A DNA stretch of 64,000 bases from Lytechinus pictus (GCF_037042905.1 NC_087249.1:9984001-10048000), one strand, 5' to 3'; counted from the first letter of the stretch, positions 9,135 to 22,170 are shown. A program made the numbers and translations. Notes: generated by a model not told the origin, from the sequence alone.

Positions 9135-12100
9135 TTGTTGAGTTTTCCATTATTTATAAATAATGATTATTTGTTAAATAATGAAAACGTCTACTTCATT
9201 ATTTATAAATAATTTTTTCGAGTGCACCATTATTCTCATTATTTATAAATAATCATTATTTAATGTTCGAGTTTTCCATTATTTATAAATAAAGATTATT
9301 TGTTAAATAATGAAATATCTACTTCATTATTTATAAATAATAATTTTGTTTCAATATCCCATTAATCATTATTTATAAACAATTTTTACAGTTTGCCATT
9401 ATATACAGATAATCGTTATTTATATACAAATAACCATTATTTATTAAATAATGCCATTATTTATTAAATAATGCCATTATTTATTAAATAATGCCATTAT
9501 TTATTAAATAATGGAAAACTCGCTATAACATGCAAATGTGGGACCGCCCATGATATGAATATTCATGATGCGATTTCCTTTTTCGTGATTTTTCTTCACA
9601 AATTTTTGTCCATTTCCTCTTCATAATGACATTTCTTGAAGCAATTTTCTAGGGATATGGTCTGATTGTAATATTCTTCATTTTCTATATAACTTCGTCT
9701 TCGTAGAAATATCAAAAAGTGTAATTTTATACGATTTTTCCTACAGTTCACAATCCCCATAGGCGCGCGTGTACGGTAGGGACAACCGGTGAATCGACGG
9801 AGTGCTCTTCATCGAAATACTACGTTGGTTGGTCCCCGGAAGTGGCGGGCGGAATTTAGCCCGAATCCTCGATGGAAGTCGATCAAGTGCATATGAGCTG
9901 AGAGAGTGAAATATCAGTGTACTTGTACAGGCCCTTCTACTTTTTATAAATATTTCTTGTTGCTTTTTTTGTTAAGTTAATTTTTCCTGGTGTAGAGATA
10001 AGTTTCAGTTCTAATAATGCACTTCAAATACATTTTGGAGTGTCTGTTTGAGGCGTTTGGGGCGATTTCACCCTGGCCCCAAAATGCTCGCAACGACAAT
10101 ACGGGGGCATGATGACCCCTAAATTTTTAAAAACTTATTTTTCTATTGAAAATTATCACAAAATTCACCAAAAGTGTGCACGAAAGCCTTCGTATTTCAC
10201 TTTTAAAACTCCAAAAAGTGCCCAAATGACAAGCTTGGTCGCTTCGCTGTGTCGCTTTCAACTTGAGAAAGTTTACGCGTCTGCTTCCCCCCCCCCCCTC
10301 CTCCGAAAGAAATTATGTATACGGCCATGCTCTAAAGAGCCTGGCACATTGATTTATGTATACTTCATTTTCATTATTTTTATCTCATTATCATCATGGC
10401 CTTACGCATAATTTTTTCCGGGGGGGGGGGGGGGTGGGGGGAGCAGGACGCGCGTAAACTTTCTCATAAAAATCTTGAAAAAGCGAAGCGACCAAGCTTG
10501 TCATTTGAGCTTGGTCGCGTCGCTGTCTCGCTTTCAAGATTTTTTTGAGAAACTTTACGCGCGTCCTAGCTGCTCCCCCCCCCCCCCCCGGTAAAAATTC
10601 TGTGTAAGGCCATGATGATAATGTGATAAAAATAATGAAAATGAAAAGTACATATAAATCAATGTGCCATATGCTCTTTTGAGCATGGCCGTTCACAGAA
10701 TTTATTTCGGGGGGTGGGGGCAGACGCGCGTAAACGTTCTCAAGTTGAAAGCGAGACAGCGAAGCGACCAAGCTTGTCATTTGGGCTTGGTCCCGTGGCT
10801 GTCTTGCTTTCAAGATTTTTTTGAGAAAGTTTACGCGCGTCATGCTCCGGCCCCGGCCCCCCTGGAAAAAAATTCTGCGTAAGGCCATGTTGATAATGAG
10901 AGCCTGGCACATTGATTTATGTATACTTTCATTTTCATTATTTTTATCTCATTATCAACATGGCCTTACGCAGAATTTTTTCCAGGGGGGCCGGGGCCGG
11001 AGCATGACGCGCGTAAACTTTCTCAAAAAAATCTTGAAAGCAAGACAGCCACGGGACCAAGCCCAAATGACAAGCTTGGTCGCTTCGCTGTCTCGCTTTC
11101 AACTTGAGAACGTTTACGCGCGTCTGCCCCCACCCCCCGAAATAAATTCTGTGAACGGCCATGCTCAAAAGAGCATATGGCACATTGATTTATATGTACT
11201 TTTCATTTTCATTATTTTTATCACATTATCATCATGGCCTTACACAGAATTTTTACCGGGGGGGGGGGGGGGGGGGGGAGCAGCTAGGACGCGCGTAAAG
11301 TTTCTCAAAAAAATCTTGAAAGCGAGACAGCGACGCGACCAAGCTCAAATGACAAGCTTGGTCGCTTCGCTTTTTCAAGATTTTTATGAGAAAGTTTACG
11401 CGCGTCCTGCTGCTCCCCCCACCCCCCCCCCCCCGGAAAAAATTATGCGTAAGGCCATGATGATAATGAGATAAAAATAATGAAAATGAAGTATACATAA
11501 ATCAATGTGCCAGGCTCTTTAGAGCATGGCCGTATACATAATTTCTTTCGGAGGAGGGGGGGGGGGGGAAGCAGACGCGTAAACTTTCTCAAGTTGAAAA
11601 CGACACAGCGAAGCGACCAAGCTTGTCATTTGGGCACTTTTTGGAGTTTTAAAAGTGAAATACGAAGGCTATCGTGCACACTTTTGGTGAATTTTGTGAT
11701 AATTTTCAATAGAAAAATAAGTTTTTAAAAATTTAGGGGTCATCATGCCCCCGTATTGTCGTTGCGAGCATTTTGGGGCCAGGGTGAAATCGCCCCAAAC
11801 GCCTCAAACAGACACTCCAAAATGTATTTGAAGTGCATTATTAGAACTGAAACTTATCTCTACACCAGGAAAAATTAACTTAACAAAAAAAGCAACAAGA
11901 AATATTTATAAAAAGTAGAAGGGCCTGTACAAGTACACTGATATTTCACTCTCTCAGCTCATATGCACTTGATCGACTTCCATCTAAGATTCGGGCTAAA
12001 TTCCGCCCGCCACTTCCGGGGACCAACCAACGTAGTATTTCGATGAAGAGCACTCCGTCGATTCACCGGTTGTCCCTACCGTACACGCGCGCCTATGGGG

Positions 12101-12720
12101 ATTGTGAACTGTAGGAAAAATCGTATAAAATTACACTTTTTGATATTTCTACGAAGACGAAGTTATATAGAAAATGAAGAATATTACAATCAGACCATAT
12201 CCCTAGAAAATTGCTTCAAGAAATGTCATTATGAAGAGGAAATGGACAAAAATTTGTGAAGAAAAATCACGAAAAAGGAAATCGCATCATGAATATTCAT
12301 ATCATGGGCGGTCCCACATTTGCATGTTATAGCGAGTTTTCCATTATTTAATAAATAATGGCATTATTTAATAAATAATGGCATTATTTAATAAATAATG
12401 GCATTATTTATTAAATAATGGTTATTTGTATATAAATAATGATTATTTGTATATAATGGCAAACTGTAAAAATTGTTTATAAATAATGATTAATGGGATA
12501 TTGAAACAAAATTATTATTTATAAATAATGAAGTAGATATTTCATTATTTAACAAATAATCTTTATTTATAAATAATGGAAAACTCGAACATTAAATAAT
12601 GATTATTTATAAATAATGAGAATAATGGTGCACTCGAAAAAATTATTTATAAATAATGAAGTAGACGTTTTCATTATTTAACAAATAATCATTATTTATA
12701 AATAATGGAAAACTCAACAA

Positions 12721-13109
12721 ATTATTTATAAATAATGAAAAACAAATAATCATTATTTATAAATAATGAAAAACAAATAATCATTATTTGTAAATAATGA
12801 AAAACAAATAATCATTATTTATAAATAATGAAAAACCAATTATCATTATTTATAAATAATGAAAAACAAATAATCATTATTTATAAATAATGAAAAATAA
12901 ATAATCATTATTTGTAAATAATGAAAAACAAATAATCATTATTTATAAATAATGAAAAACAAATAATCATTATTTATAAATAATGAAAAACAAATAATCA
13001 TTATTTGTAAATAATGAAAAACAAATAATCATTATTTATAAATAATGAAAAACAAATAATCATTATTTATAAATAATGAAAAACAAATAATCATTATTTA
13101 TAAATAATG
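12721..13109 (-). repeat. 31-bp minisatellite in the right arm (12 units + partial)
   Basis: Reverse complement of the left array with one extra unit. Confidence 0.93.
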
Positions 13110-13945
13110 GAATGTCGAACTATTATTATTTACAAATAATGAAGTATTACTTGGAATTATATATAAATAATTAGAAATGATATTTTATATAATAGTAGTT
13201 ATTTACAAATAAAATGTAAATTATATATAAATAATAGTTATTATTTAATAAATAATGATTATATAACAAATAATTGTTCTATATAATATTGGTACATTCG
13301 GCGCCTCATAGATAAGCACCAACTTTGATGTCTTGATTATTCATATATTATTTGGAATTGTGGTTTTCATTTACATCCACAAAAAACAACAATGCGTCCA
13401 CGAACGACTGGTATTTCACAGTTTGCCAAGTACATTGCACAACATGCTATGATATGCATTCAAAGTAGGAATGCAACAAATACCTTCATAAAGTGTTCAT
13501 TGGTGTGCTATTCTAGTCACCTGGTCTATTCAATTTCTTCATCCTGCTATGTAAGGCAAGCTTACGTAATATCTTGCTTTGAAATCTGCCTATCATAATG
13601 AAAGAAATGAAAGGTCATTTGACCAAAATTGTCCATGAAGTAACTACGAACTGGTCTATTATATTACCAAATCTTAGGCAACACAAGCGAAAGTTATTTT
13701 ACCCCTATATAGCTCACGACCGCCGCTGCTCATACAGCCCTCTGTATGTGAGAGAAAGGTAGTTTAATCCAGCAGACGACGTCTTTGGAAGACAAATGAG
13801 CAAACATATTCTCAAAATGCTTCGCAATTTCGACTTTCGATCGAATCTTCGTGCTTTATTCAAAGAGTCCAATATTCCCGGCATACTTTTTCAAGGTTTT
13901 TTTTTTAATTAGGTTAAAATGTTACTTGTTTGGTATATTTTGGAT

Positions 13946-14177
13946 CAGTGGCGTACAGATGAGGGGGGGGGGGCTCTTGCATGGGGGCACTTGCCCCCCC
14001 CCCCCCCCCCCAAAAAAAAAAAAAAAAAATAAATAAATATAAAAAATATATATATATCACAAAATTTGATTTTTGTAATAAAAATTTCGACATTTTTGGT
14101 CGCTTGCAACTTTTCATAAATTTTGCCCGATACACCATATCTTGCCCCATCAAATTTTTTGGCTAATTACACCACTG
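13946..14177. mobile_element. Small hAT-like MITE
   Basis: CAGTGGCGTA...TACACCACTG termini, perfect 8-bp TSD TTTTGGAT. Confidence 0.85.
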
Positions 14178-14658
14178 TTTTGGATGTTTTTAAATGCATC
14201 ACATGATTCTGCAATACCTTTGATTTGTGATACTGTATTTATAAATAAATCAATAATATAGGATTTGTATAGCACACGTATCCACCTTGCTCAGCGGCGT
14301 AACAGGGGTCGGTGGCCAGGGGGGGGGGGGGGGCAAGAGCAAAAGATTTCCCGGTCATATCATGGTACGAACAAGACTTTGTTATAATTGTTCCAAAGCA
14401 TTAGGGCGAAGCAGCTCAATGCGTAATAAGTACAAAAAAGAGGGGACAAAGCGGGACAAAGCATGACACGCGCGGAAAAAAAGTTGCTTAATATAAATCC
14501 CGAGCGAGCGAGAAAAAAATTTACCTTTTCATGGGAATCTAACTTTGAGATTGATTTTTGACAAGGTTTACAGAAAATAACATCATATCAAACATCTTCC
14601 TTTCCTTTCATCTTTTCTTTTTTGTTCTTGGCCAGTGCTATGCGGATTGGGTCCGGGG

Positions 14659-15427
14659 CAGTGGCAGCACCAGGATTTTTAACCTAGGGGGAGGCAAAAG
14701 AACATTGGGGGGGGGGCAACATTATTTTTTTGCCCATTTCAAAAATTCGAGCGAGAAGCGTGAGTTATTTTTTTCAATGTACGCACTACTGACTTGAAAA
14801 GGGACCTGTTAAGAACTAGCTGTTTGCATGGGATCATGCAGATTATATCTCACCAAATAAATAATGCGATCGCCAAGCGCGAGCTGAAATTTTTTGATAT
14901 CCTGAGATGATAACTGGACGTTCTAAGCACTCTTTGTTATCATGAACTAGATGGCTATCTAACTAAACAATTGATGCGAGCGCGTAGCGCGAGCTGAAAA
15001 TTTTTGATTGATGAAACTTAGGAATACGCAGGATGTGTATCTCGCTTGAAATGAATAATGAAAACTCTAATCGCGAGAAGCATATTGATTTGAACACTGG
15101 ATTTTTATGCCCCATGTGAACAGATAATCTACTTACATCAGTCAACAGTTACTGCGAGCTCGTAGCGCGAGCGAAATTTTGAATTTTATATAATGACCTG
15201 AAAGATTTATGTTGACATAATTGTTGGGAGCTAACAGTGAATGAGAAAAATTTCAAAATCTAAAGAACGAAAAGCTGTTTTGGAGCACTGCAGATTTATT
15301 GGGATGCTTATGACAACATTAACTACACATCTTTTTTATTTTGCAAAATTTCGGGGGGGGGGGGGCATGTGGGGGCCAACTTGTTGGGGGCTAATGCCCC
15401 CGTGCCTCCCTCTTGGTGTCGTCACTG
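14659..15427. mobile_element. hAT-like MITE nested in sister 1
   Basis: CAGTGGCAGCACCA...TGGTGTCGTCACTG termini; TSD GTCCGGGG/GTCCGGAA (6 of 8 match); GCGAGC repeats inside. Confidence 0.7.
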
Positions 15428-16231
15428 GTCCGGAACCTCGCGATATATTTAAACATTGCAGATGGCTACTTTATTATCAAACCTCGGGCGTACATACACA
15501 TTACTTCAAAACAGTTGCGGATAATACACGAAATATTTTGAGGCAGCACAGCATAGCAAATGTGGTAAAATTTGTAAAAAGTCGCCAGCGAGCGAAGCGA
15601 GCCAGAAAAGTTTGGCGTTTTATAAAAAGATTATGAAAATCAAATTCTAATTATGTGAAAATAGCTTTGAAAATTTAGCCAAAGCAAACATTAAGAGGCT
15701 TTGTACGGTAAATCTAGCAGGCGTAAAGCTTTACTTATATATAGCTTAAGACCGACATAGGGGATATATATAACTAGCCCTTGGCTAAGGATATTTTTGT
15801 CCTGATTGCGACCATTATTGCATAAAATTTAGCAAGCTTATATATACACTATCCACCTTTCCTATCGTTCTTCATATCTTTTTAATCCTCGGCAGCCCGA
15901 TCGTGTTATTAGGTTTTTTTTTTCTTGTCCCTTTTCTTCATATTCTGATTTTTTAATTTAGCTTTTGGCTCTACCTTCATTTCCCGTTTCTTTTTGCCTC
16001 TTTCTCCCATTTCCCACCATTCTTGCCTGTACCGTTGAGTCATGTCTTTTGATTTTATATCCCTCTCTTGCTTATCATGCTAATGTATTAATATTTAGGA
16101 TAATTTGTATCGTCTTAAATGTTCTTTTGTTCCTTTGCCCGCTCTCCTTCCATTTTCTCTATTTAGGTTCTTTCTTTCTGTCCCTTTCTTTTCACTTTTT
16201 TCCTTTTTCTTTCCTTTTTTCCCTTTCCCTT

Positions 16232-16393
<162 letters not shown>

Positions 16394-16617
16394 TTTATTT
16401 TTCTTTCTTTCTTTCTTTCTCCCTTTTCTCCTTTTCCCGTTTTTTGTTTTCCCGGTGAAATCCGCCAGGGGGCAGCTTGCCCCCTCCCCCCCCCCGCCTG
16501 TTACGCCACTGACCTTGCTAGGTGCTCAAGGCGTTCCTGTATATTACCCCGGCTAAGCTAGTCTACGGATTCTGGTACGCACAGCTTTTTGAGGATTTAC
16601 TTCCTGCTGGTACCCAT

Positions 16618-18207
16618 CAGCGGCGTAACAAGGGTAGGTGGCCAGGGGGGGGGGGGGGGGCAAGAGCCAAAAAATTCCCGGTCATATCATGGTATGAACA
16701 GGCGTGATGGTGTAATGAGGCGACGATTTTGAGACGGCCAGACATTGCGTATCAGGCAGAATTTATCTTTTAAAAAAAAAGTTGCGAGCGAAGCGAGCGA
16801 GCAATTTTATTTGACATTTTTAATACAAAAATCCAATTTTGTGATAGATTTTGACATGATATCCAAAGAATAATTTATTTCACTCTTCTCTCTTTCCATT
16901 CCTTTTTGTGTGGTCTGTATGCCACTGTGAACATGATTCTTTGCGGCAGTAGCTTGAAGAGTAAACAAAACCAGAGGCGCAGTATGGCGCATGTGCTAAA
17001 AAGCTGCTTAATATAAGTCACGAGCGAGCGAAGCGAGCGAGAATAAAAATCACATTTTCATGAGAATTTAACTTTTAGATATTTTTTGACATTATATTCA
17101 GTAAATAAATCATATCCTACACTTTTCCTTTGCTTTTCTTTCCTCCTTTTTTTTTTGGTTGTAGAACTTTTGGGGACCATGGCCCAACCCTTCCATACTC
17201 ATATACGGCAGTGCTATGCGGTTGGGATCCGTCTGGAGCCCCCGGAACTTCTTGATATCAAAGCCATTTAAACCTCGCAGATTGCCGCTATTTTTAATCA
17301 AATCGCGGGTATATACAGAATATAGCTTTTACACAACACATTTATTCAACCCAGTTGAACCAAATATTTTAAGGGGCAAAACATAGCAATGTGGGAAAAT
17401 TTGTAAAAAAATCGCCAGCGAGCAAATCGAGCTGGGAAAATGCTTACTGAAATTAAATTTTAATTATGTGATAGATATCCATTATATTCAGCAAATAACA
17501 CATTTCATTGTTTCCATTCGTTTCATTATACGTTGTCTCCTATAATTTCTTTTATTTCCTCTTGGGTGTGGAACCAAGACCCCCCCCCCCCCCCCGCCTG
17601 TACGCCAGTGATTGAACGTAAAGCTTAATGTAGGAAGGGTCCCTACAGGGGGGCGTTATAGAGCCATTTGAAGGTTATAGATGAAGAGCCCCTACTGTAT
17701 GGGGTCTGGGGCAAAGCCCCGGTAGCTTATTTGCATAAACTTTTAGCAAGCTTATAGCACAATGTTGTATGCAGTCCATTTTTCTTCCCTCTCTTTATTT
17801 TCTATTCTCGGCAGCCCGGTCATGTTTTCTTGTCCCTTTCTTTGTTTTCAAATTCAGCTTTTGACTAATTCCATTTTACCTTTATTTCCCGCTATTGTTT
17901 GTCATTTTGTCATCTTTTAATTTATTTCCCACCATGCTATTGCATTACATAGGCCTATTTAGGAATGATTTGTTATTTCTCAAATGTTCTTTCTTTCCTT
18001 TTTCCACTTTTCTTCCTTTTCCATAATTTTTTTCTTCTTTGTTTTCTTTTCACTTTTACCTTTCTTTTTCCTCCTTTCCTTTTCCCCTTTCCTTTCCCTT
18101 TCCCTTTCTTTCTCCCTCCCTTTTCTTTTTTTCCCCGTTTTTTTTCCCCCGGTGAAATCCGCCAGAGGGGACAGCTTGCCCCCTGCCTCCCGCCTGTTAC
18201 GCCACTG
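16618..18207. mobile_element. Non-autonomous hAT-like element, sister 2 (1590 bp)
   Basis: Same TIRs and end sequences as sister 1, perfect 8-bp TSD GTACCCAT. Confidence 0.9.
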
Positions 18208-18765
18208 GTACCCATTTACCTCACCTGGGTCGAGTGCAGCACAGTGTGGATAAATTTCTTGCTGAAGGAAAACACGCCATGACTAGGATTCGATCCCATT
18301 ACCCTCCGTTTGAAAGGCGGGAGTCAGAACCACTAGACCACGACGCACCCACACTGTTTATGGTTAAAAACAACGGACGTAGAGGCCAGCAACACACGGT
18401 TGGGGGATGATTGATACAAATATTGTTCTTTGTGAGGGATTTTTCCCCTGTTAGTTCGGGGGGGGGGGGGGGGCAGTGGCTTTACGAGGCTATTTTATTT
18501 AGGTGGTCAGACATGGCAATAAGGGTAAGAGTTATAAAAAGCTGCGAGTGAGGGAACCGAGCATACCTAAATTTTGTAATTTTTATCACAAAATCTAATT
18601 CTGTGATAGATTTTGTCATGATATTTTAAAACATAAATATTTCACCTTCTTTTTTCCCTTTTTTTTTTTCTCCTTCTTTCTTGATGGTGAAATTTTGTTT
18701 GAGGTCCATGGCCCCCAAACCCTACGTCTGCACGCCCGTGAGTAGGGGTAGTCCGTAAGTTTTAA

Positions 18766-19161
18766 GGGTATAAATTGTCAATTCGTCCACTCACCACAAG
18801 TCATGGTCTACCTTCATTTAGTCCAATGTCATTCCGTCCATCAACATTTCATCTACCAACCATTTGGTCCAATCATCACTTCGTCTAATCACCAGTTCGT
18901 CTCTGACCATTTTGTGTCATAACCAGTTAGTCTAATATTCGTTTCGTTTTCATTCATTTTGCCCAATTAACATTTAATCCAATTAGACCAAACGGTATAT
19001 GGACTAAATGGCTATTGGACCAACTGGTTATTAGACGAAATGGTGAGTGCACGAAATGGAAATTAGACTATGTGGATATTGGGCGAACCGATGGAGACCA
19101 AATGATAGTAGACGAGTTGGCAATTGGACGAATTGACATTGGACCAAATGAAAATAAACCG
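18766..19161. mobile_element. MITE-like element built from short GTCCAA/TTGGAC repeats in inverted halves
   Basis: Left half rich in CGTCCA/GTCTAA, right half in TGGAC/TAGAC; termini poorly resolved. Confidence 0.55.
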
Positions 19162-20061
19162 TGAAGTATATTAAAAATCTTTATTTCTACAAGACTAGGT
19201 ATTTCTTAAGGTGCGAAATAAGTTTATAGGCCTACGCAAGATTGAATAACACCCCCCCCCCCCAAAAAAAAAAAAACACCACACAAAGCACATAATATAT
19301 GGACAAATGAATGAATTAATAAAAATAGTATTAAAAAAAAAATTGATATATCCATCAAATTTCATTCATATCTGCTTGGAGGCTTGTCACAACTTGGTTT
19401 TGTTTTCTTCACAAATTAGTGTGTTAATGTGTTGATCACAATCATCATCATTATAAAGATCACCTTTTGCCCCCCCCCCCCCCCGCGGCCAACAACTCCT
19501 GTTACGCCCCTGCACATCACTCCCCAAATCAACTAAAAATGTACACTCAAACTTCGCTAAACATCAATCGGTGACACGTACGGCCGACGATGTCTGCAAT
19601 TTAGCTTATTCTGCCTATATAAAAGAGCGACAGCTTACGATCATTATTATGTAGTTGTTCATCTCTTGGAATCTGTACGGAAGACAACACTTCTATCGAG
19701 CTTTGCACACTTATTTGCCTATAGTGGTCTTGTAATAATCATAATGGTGATTGTAACGATCACGATCGTATGTCTGGTGTGTCCGTTTCTATTTTCCCCA
19801 TTTTCATCTACTTGCTCTGATCTTTTAAAATCAGCCAATTCCGAGGGCTCCGAGTGTTTCTTTTAATATTCCATATTCCTTTAAATTAATTCCTTTTTAT
19901 TTTTCTTCTTTGTTATGAACTGTCTTTTGGAATTATTTTCTTTACTTTCCTTTTCAATTTCCTTTTCCCCTTCTCTTTTCTGCGTTCCCGAGTGTGTTTT
20001 CCAAGTCTTTGCAATGTACACCCTGTCCGTCTTGTTAATAATGTTCTATGGAAATACTTAA

Positions 20062-20668
20062 AGGTCAAGTCCACCCCAGAAAAATTTTGATTTGACTCAA
20101 TAGAGAAAAATCCAACAAAATAATATAACGCTGAAAGTTTCATAAAAATCGGATGTAAAATAAAAAAAGTTATGATATTTTAAAGTTTCGCTTATTTTTC
20201 ACAAAATCGTTATATGAACAAGTCAGTAACATGCAAATGAGAGAGTCGATGATGTCCCTCACTCACTTTTGTTTCTTATTGTTTGAAATACACAATGTTT
20301 CGTTTTTCCAAAATTTGACAATAAGGACCAACTTGAGTGAACCATAAAATATTCTTAAAATGGTACTGCCACATGTTCAGAGAGGAATAACACTTTCTTT
20401 CACATGACAATGAAGGAAAATTGAGAATACATCATATTTCACATAATAAAATACAAAAGAAATAGTGAGTGCATGGATGACATCACCAGTCCCCTCATTT
20501 GCATACAGATCAGGATGTGCATATAACTGTTTTGTGAAATTAAGCGAAATTTCAAAATATCACAATTCTCTTATTTCTCATCCGATTTTGATGAAATTTT
20601 CAGTGTTGTGCCTGTAGGATATTTCTCTTTTTATTCAAAAGAACTTTTTGTTGGGTTGGACTTGTACT
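20062..20668. mobile_element. Kolobok-like MITE family C, copy 1 (~600 bp)
   Basis: ttaa|AGGTCAAGTCCACCCC start, long imperfect TIRs, four copies in the window. Confidence 0.82.
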
Positions 20669-20815
20669 TAAAAAAAACCCGCATAAACATAGCCACTGAT
20701 GCTGCAGTACTGTGTGTGTGTGTGTGGGGGGGGGGGGTCCGAAATTCGAATTCGAACAGCAGCCTGGCCTAGAGGGTCGTCTCCCCACCCCTCCCAAAAA
20801 GTGACAAGAAATCTG

Positions 20816-20973
20816 GGTAGCGTTTCATGAAAGGACTTGTCAGACGTTATCCGACAAGTCCTGTTTTATCCGACAGTTACCATAGGAACTGTGCCTCTCA
20901 GCCAATCGGAATCAAGAAAAGTTGTCAGATCCTATACAACTTGTCTGACAAAAAGTGTTGATAAAACGCTCTC
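20816..20973. mobile_element. Harbinger-like MITE family D (CWG flanks); other copies at ~42267-42450 and 53222-53362
   Basis: GAGCGTTTCA.GAAAGGACT...TGA.AAAACGCTC. The copy at 53222 has a CAG/CAG TSD. Confidence 0.72.
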
Positions 20974-21639
20974 CAGAAGAAACTGCCGTGTTTGAACATA
21001 ACCACATTCCAGAATTGTTCCTAGTTAGAAGTGGAAAGAGGGAGGCATATATTAAATGGAAATCAACTATACTCTGCGAATGATAGGCCTGATTCAATAT
21101 TTGAATAATTATCATAAACATACATTATCATCCTCACATCTTCTCACTGTTCCCTCAACCAATACAAATACATAGCCTGTATGACCAAAGAGCCCTTTCA
21201 ATATCTGCCGCTGTATTCTGGAAATCCCCACTATATTAGAACCCCAGGATTAGAACTGCATCATCCTTTTCCATATTATGTTCTCAAGACCCTATATGTC
21301 AGTTTTCAAAATAATATTTATAATACATAAATTTTGTAACTTTCATGCATTGCTGTAATTTGTTCTAATTTGTATGACATGTTTTAGGTTTAGGTTTCAT
21401 ACGTAGTGATTTAATGTTATTTTGTACAGCCCATGGAGAGTCTTTCGACTATTAGGCCTATGCGCGCTATATAAATTTCAAATATTAATATTATGCAAAC
21501 ACCTGCATGATAGTAGGCTAATAGAAACAACTTCACATCACACCTGTTCCAAATAACAAAAGACACTTCATCGTTAAGCTACCCCGATAAATCTATACCA
21601 AGAGACAAAAGAGATGCCCCCCTGTCACCAGTGATATGG

Positions 21640-22170
21640 GTCACGCACCCCTCGTCTATTACCCCTCCCCGGAATCGAAAACATTCGAGAGAATTAAATG
21701 TGGAGCGTGTGCAGCGCGCGCCCATAGCTCCAGCGGCGACGACAGCTGCTCTATCCGGAACGAGCCGCTGATTCTCGCCGGCCCGATATACACACACGTA
21801 CGTTGTCACACACAATCACAATGCCAGATATCCCATTGATTTAGCTTGCGGTGCATGCTATTTGTACACAGTGCAGTCAGGATGTAGGCTTCAACCATGG
21901 CCGCCGACCTACTCGAAAACTTCCAATATGGTCTGTCGAGTAGCGGTCTTTCTGGGGCAGACAAGACCGTCCTCCTCCTTAAACTTACAGACCCATCCCT
22001 GAAATGCATCGAACAGTACCAAAAACTTAAGAAGGTAAGTACGAATGTGAATTATTTACTATCAAACTGTGTGTTGACGATTTTCATTCATTCATTTCAA
22101 TTCAGGTTCGAAGCGCCGCCGAACGTGTGTGAAAAACCGTAACCATATGTGGCGAAATTACTCGCGCCCT
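21640..22170 (+). promoter_or_regulatory. CpG-rich promoter / first-exon region of ELL
   Basis: Local rise in GC and CpG around the ATG compared with the CpG-poor intron. Transcription start not determinable. Confidence 0.6.
21897..22034 (+). CDS. ELL: RNA polymerase II elongation factor ELL, coding exon 1 (46 codons, phase 0 end)
   Basis: ACCATGG start. Translates MAADLLENFQYGLSSSGLSGADKTVLLLKLTDPSLKCIEQYQKLKK, resembling the ELL N-terminus (YGLS...KLTD). Donor AAG|GTAAGT. Confidence 0.93.

Larger units (their letters stand above)
8576..13310. mobile_element. Foldback-type element: 4735-bp palindrome, arms 8576-10901 and 10947-13310, 45-bp loop
   Basis: TATGAGGCGCCGAATGTACC...GGTACATTCGGCGCCTCATA. 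Arms are reverse-complementary throughout with only scattered differences. Inserted inside MITE A copy 2. No coding capacity. Confidence 0.92.
8457..13657. mobile_element. MITE family A copy 2 (inverted relative to copy 1), split by the foldback element; own sequence 8457-8570 + 13311-13657
   Basis: The halves join to match the reverse complement of 68-232 + 7506-7764; flanks aat/att. Confidence 0.8.

Noticed and set aside
10109..11728. Mirror-image ORFs of 100-217 aa on both strands
   Set aside because: By-products of the palindromic repeat units; frames depend on G/C homopolymer lengths and no domain is recognisable.
8576..13310. Foldback as a Polinton/Maverick or as an assembly artefact
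   Set aside because: No intact AG...CT termini, 6-bp TSD or viral genes. An artefact is disfavoured (not excluded) because the arms differ and the host MITE resumes correctly on both sides.
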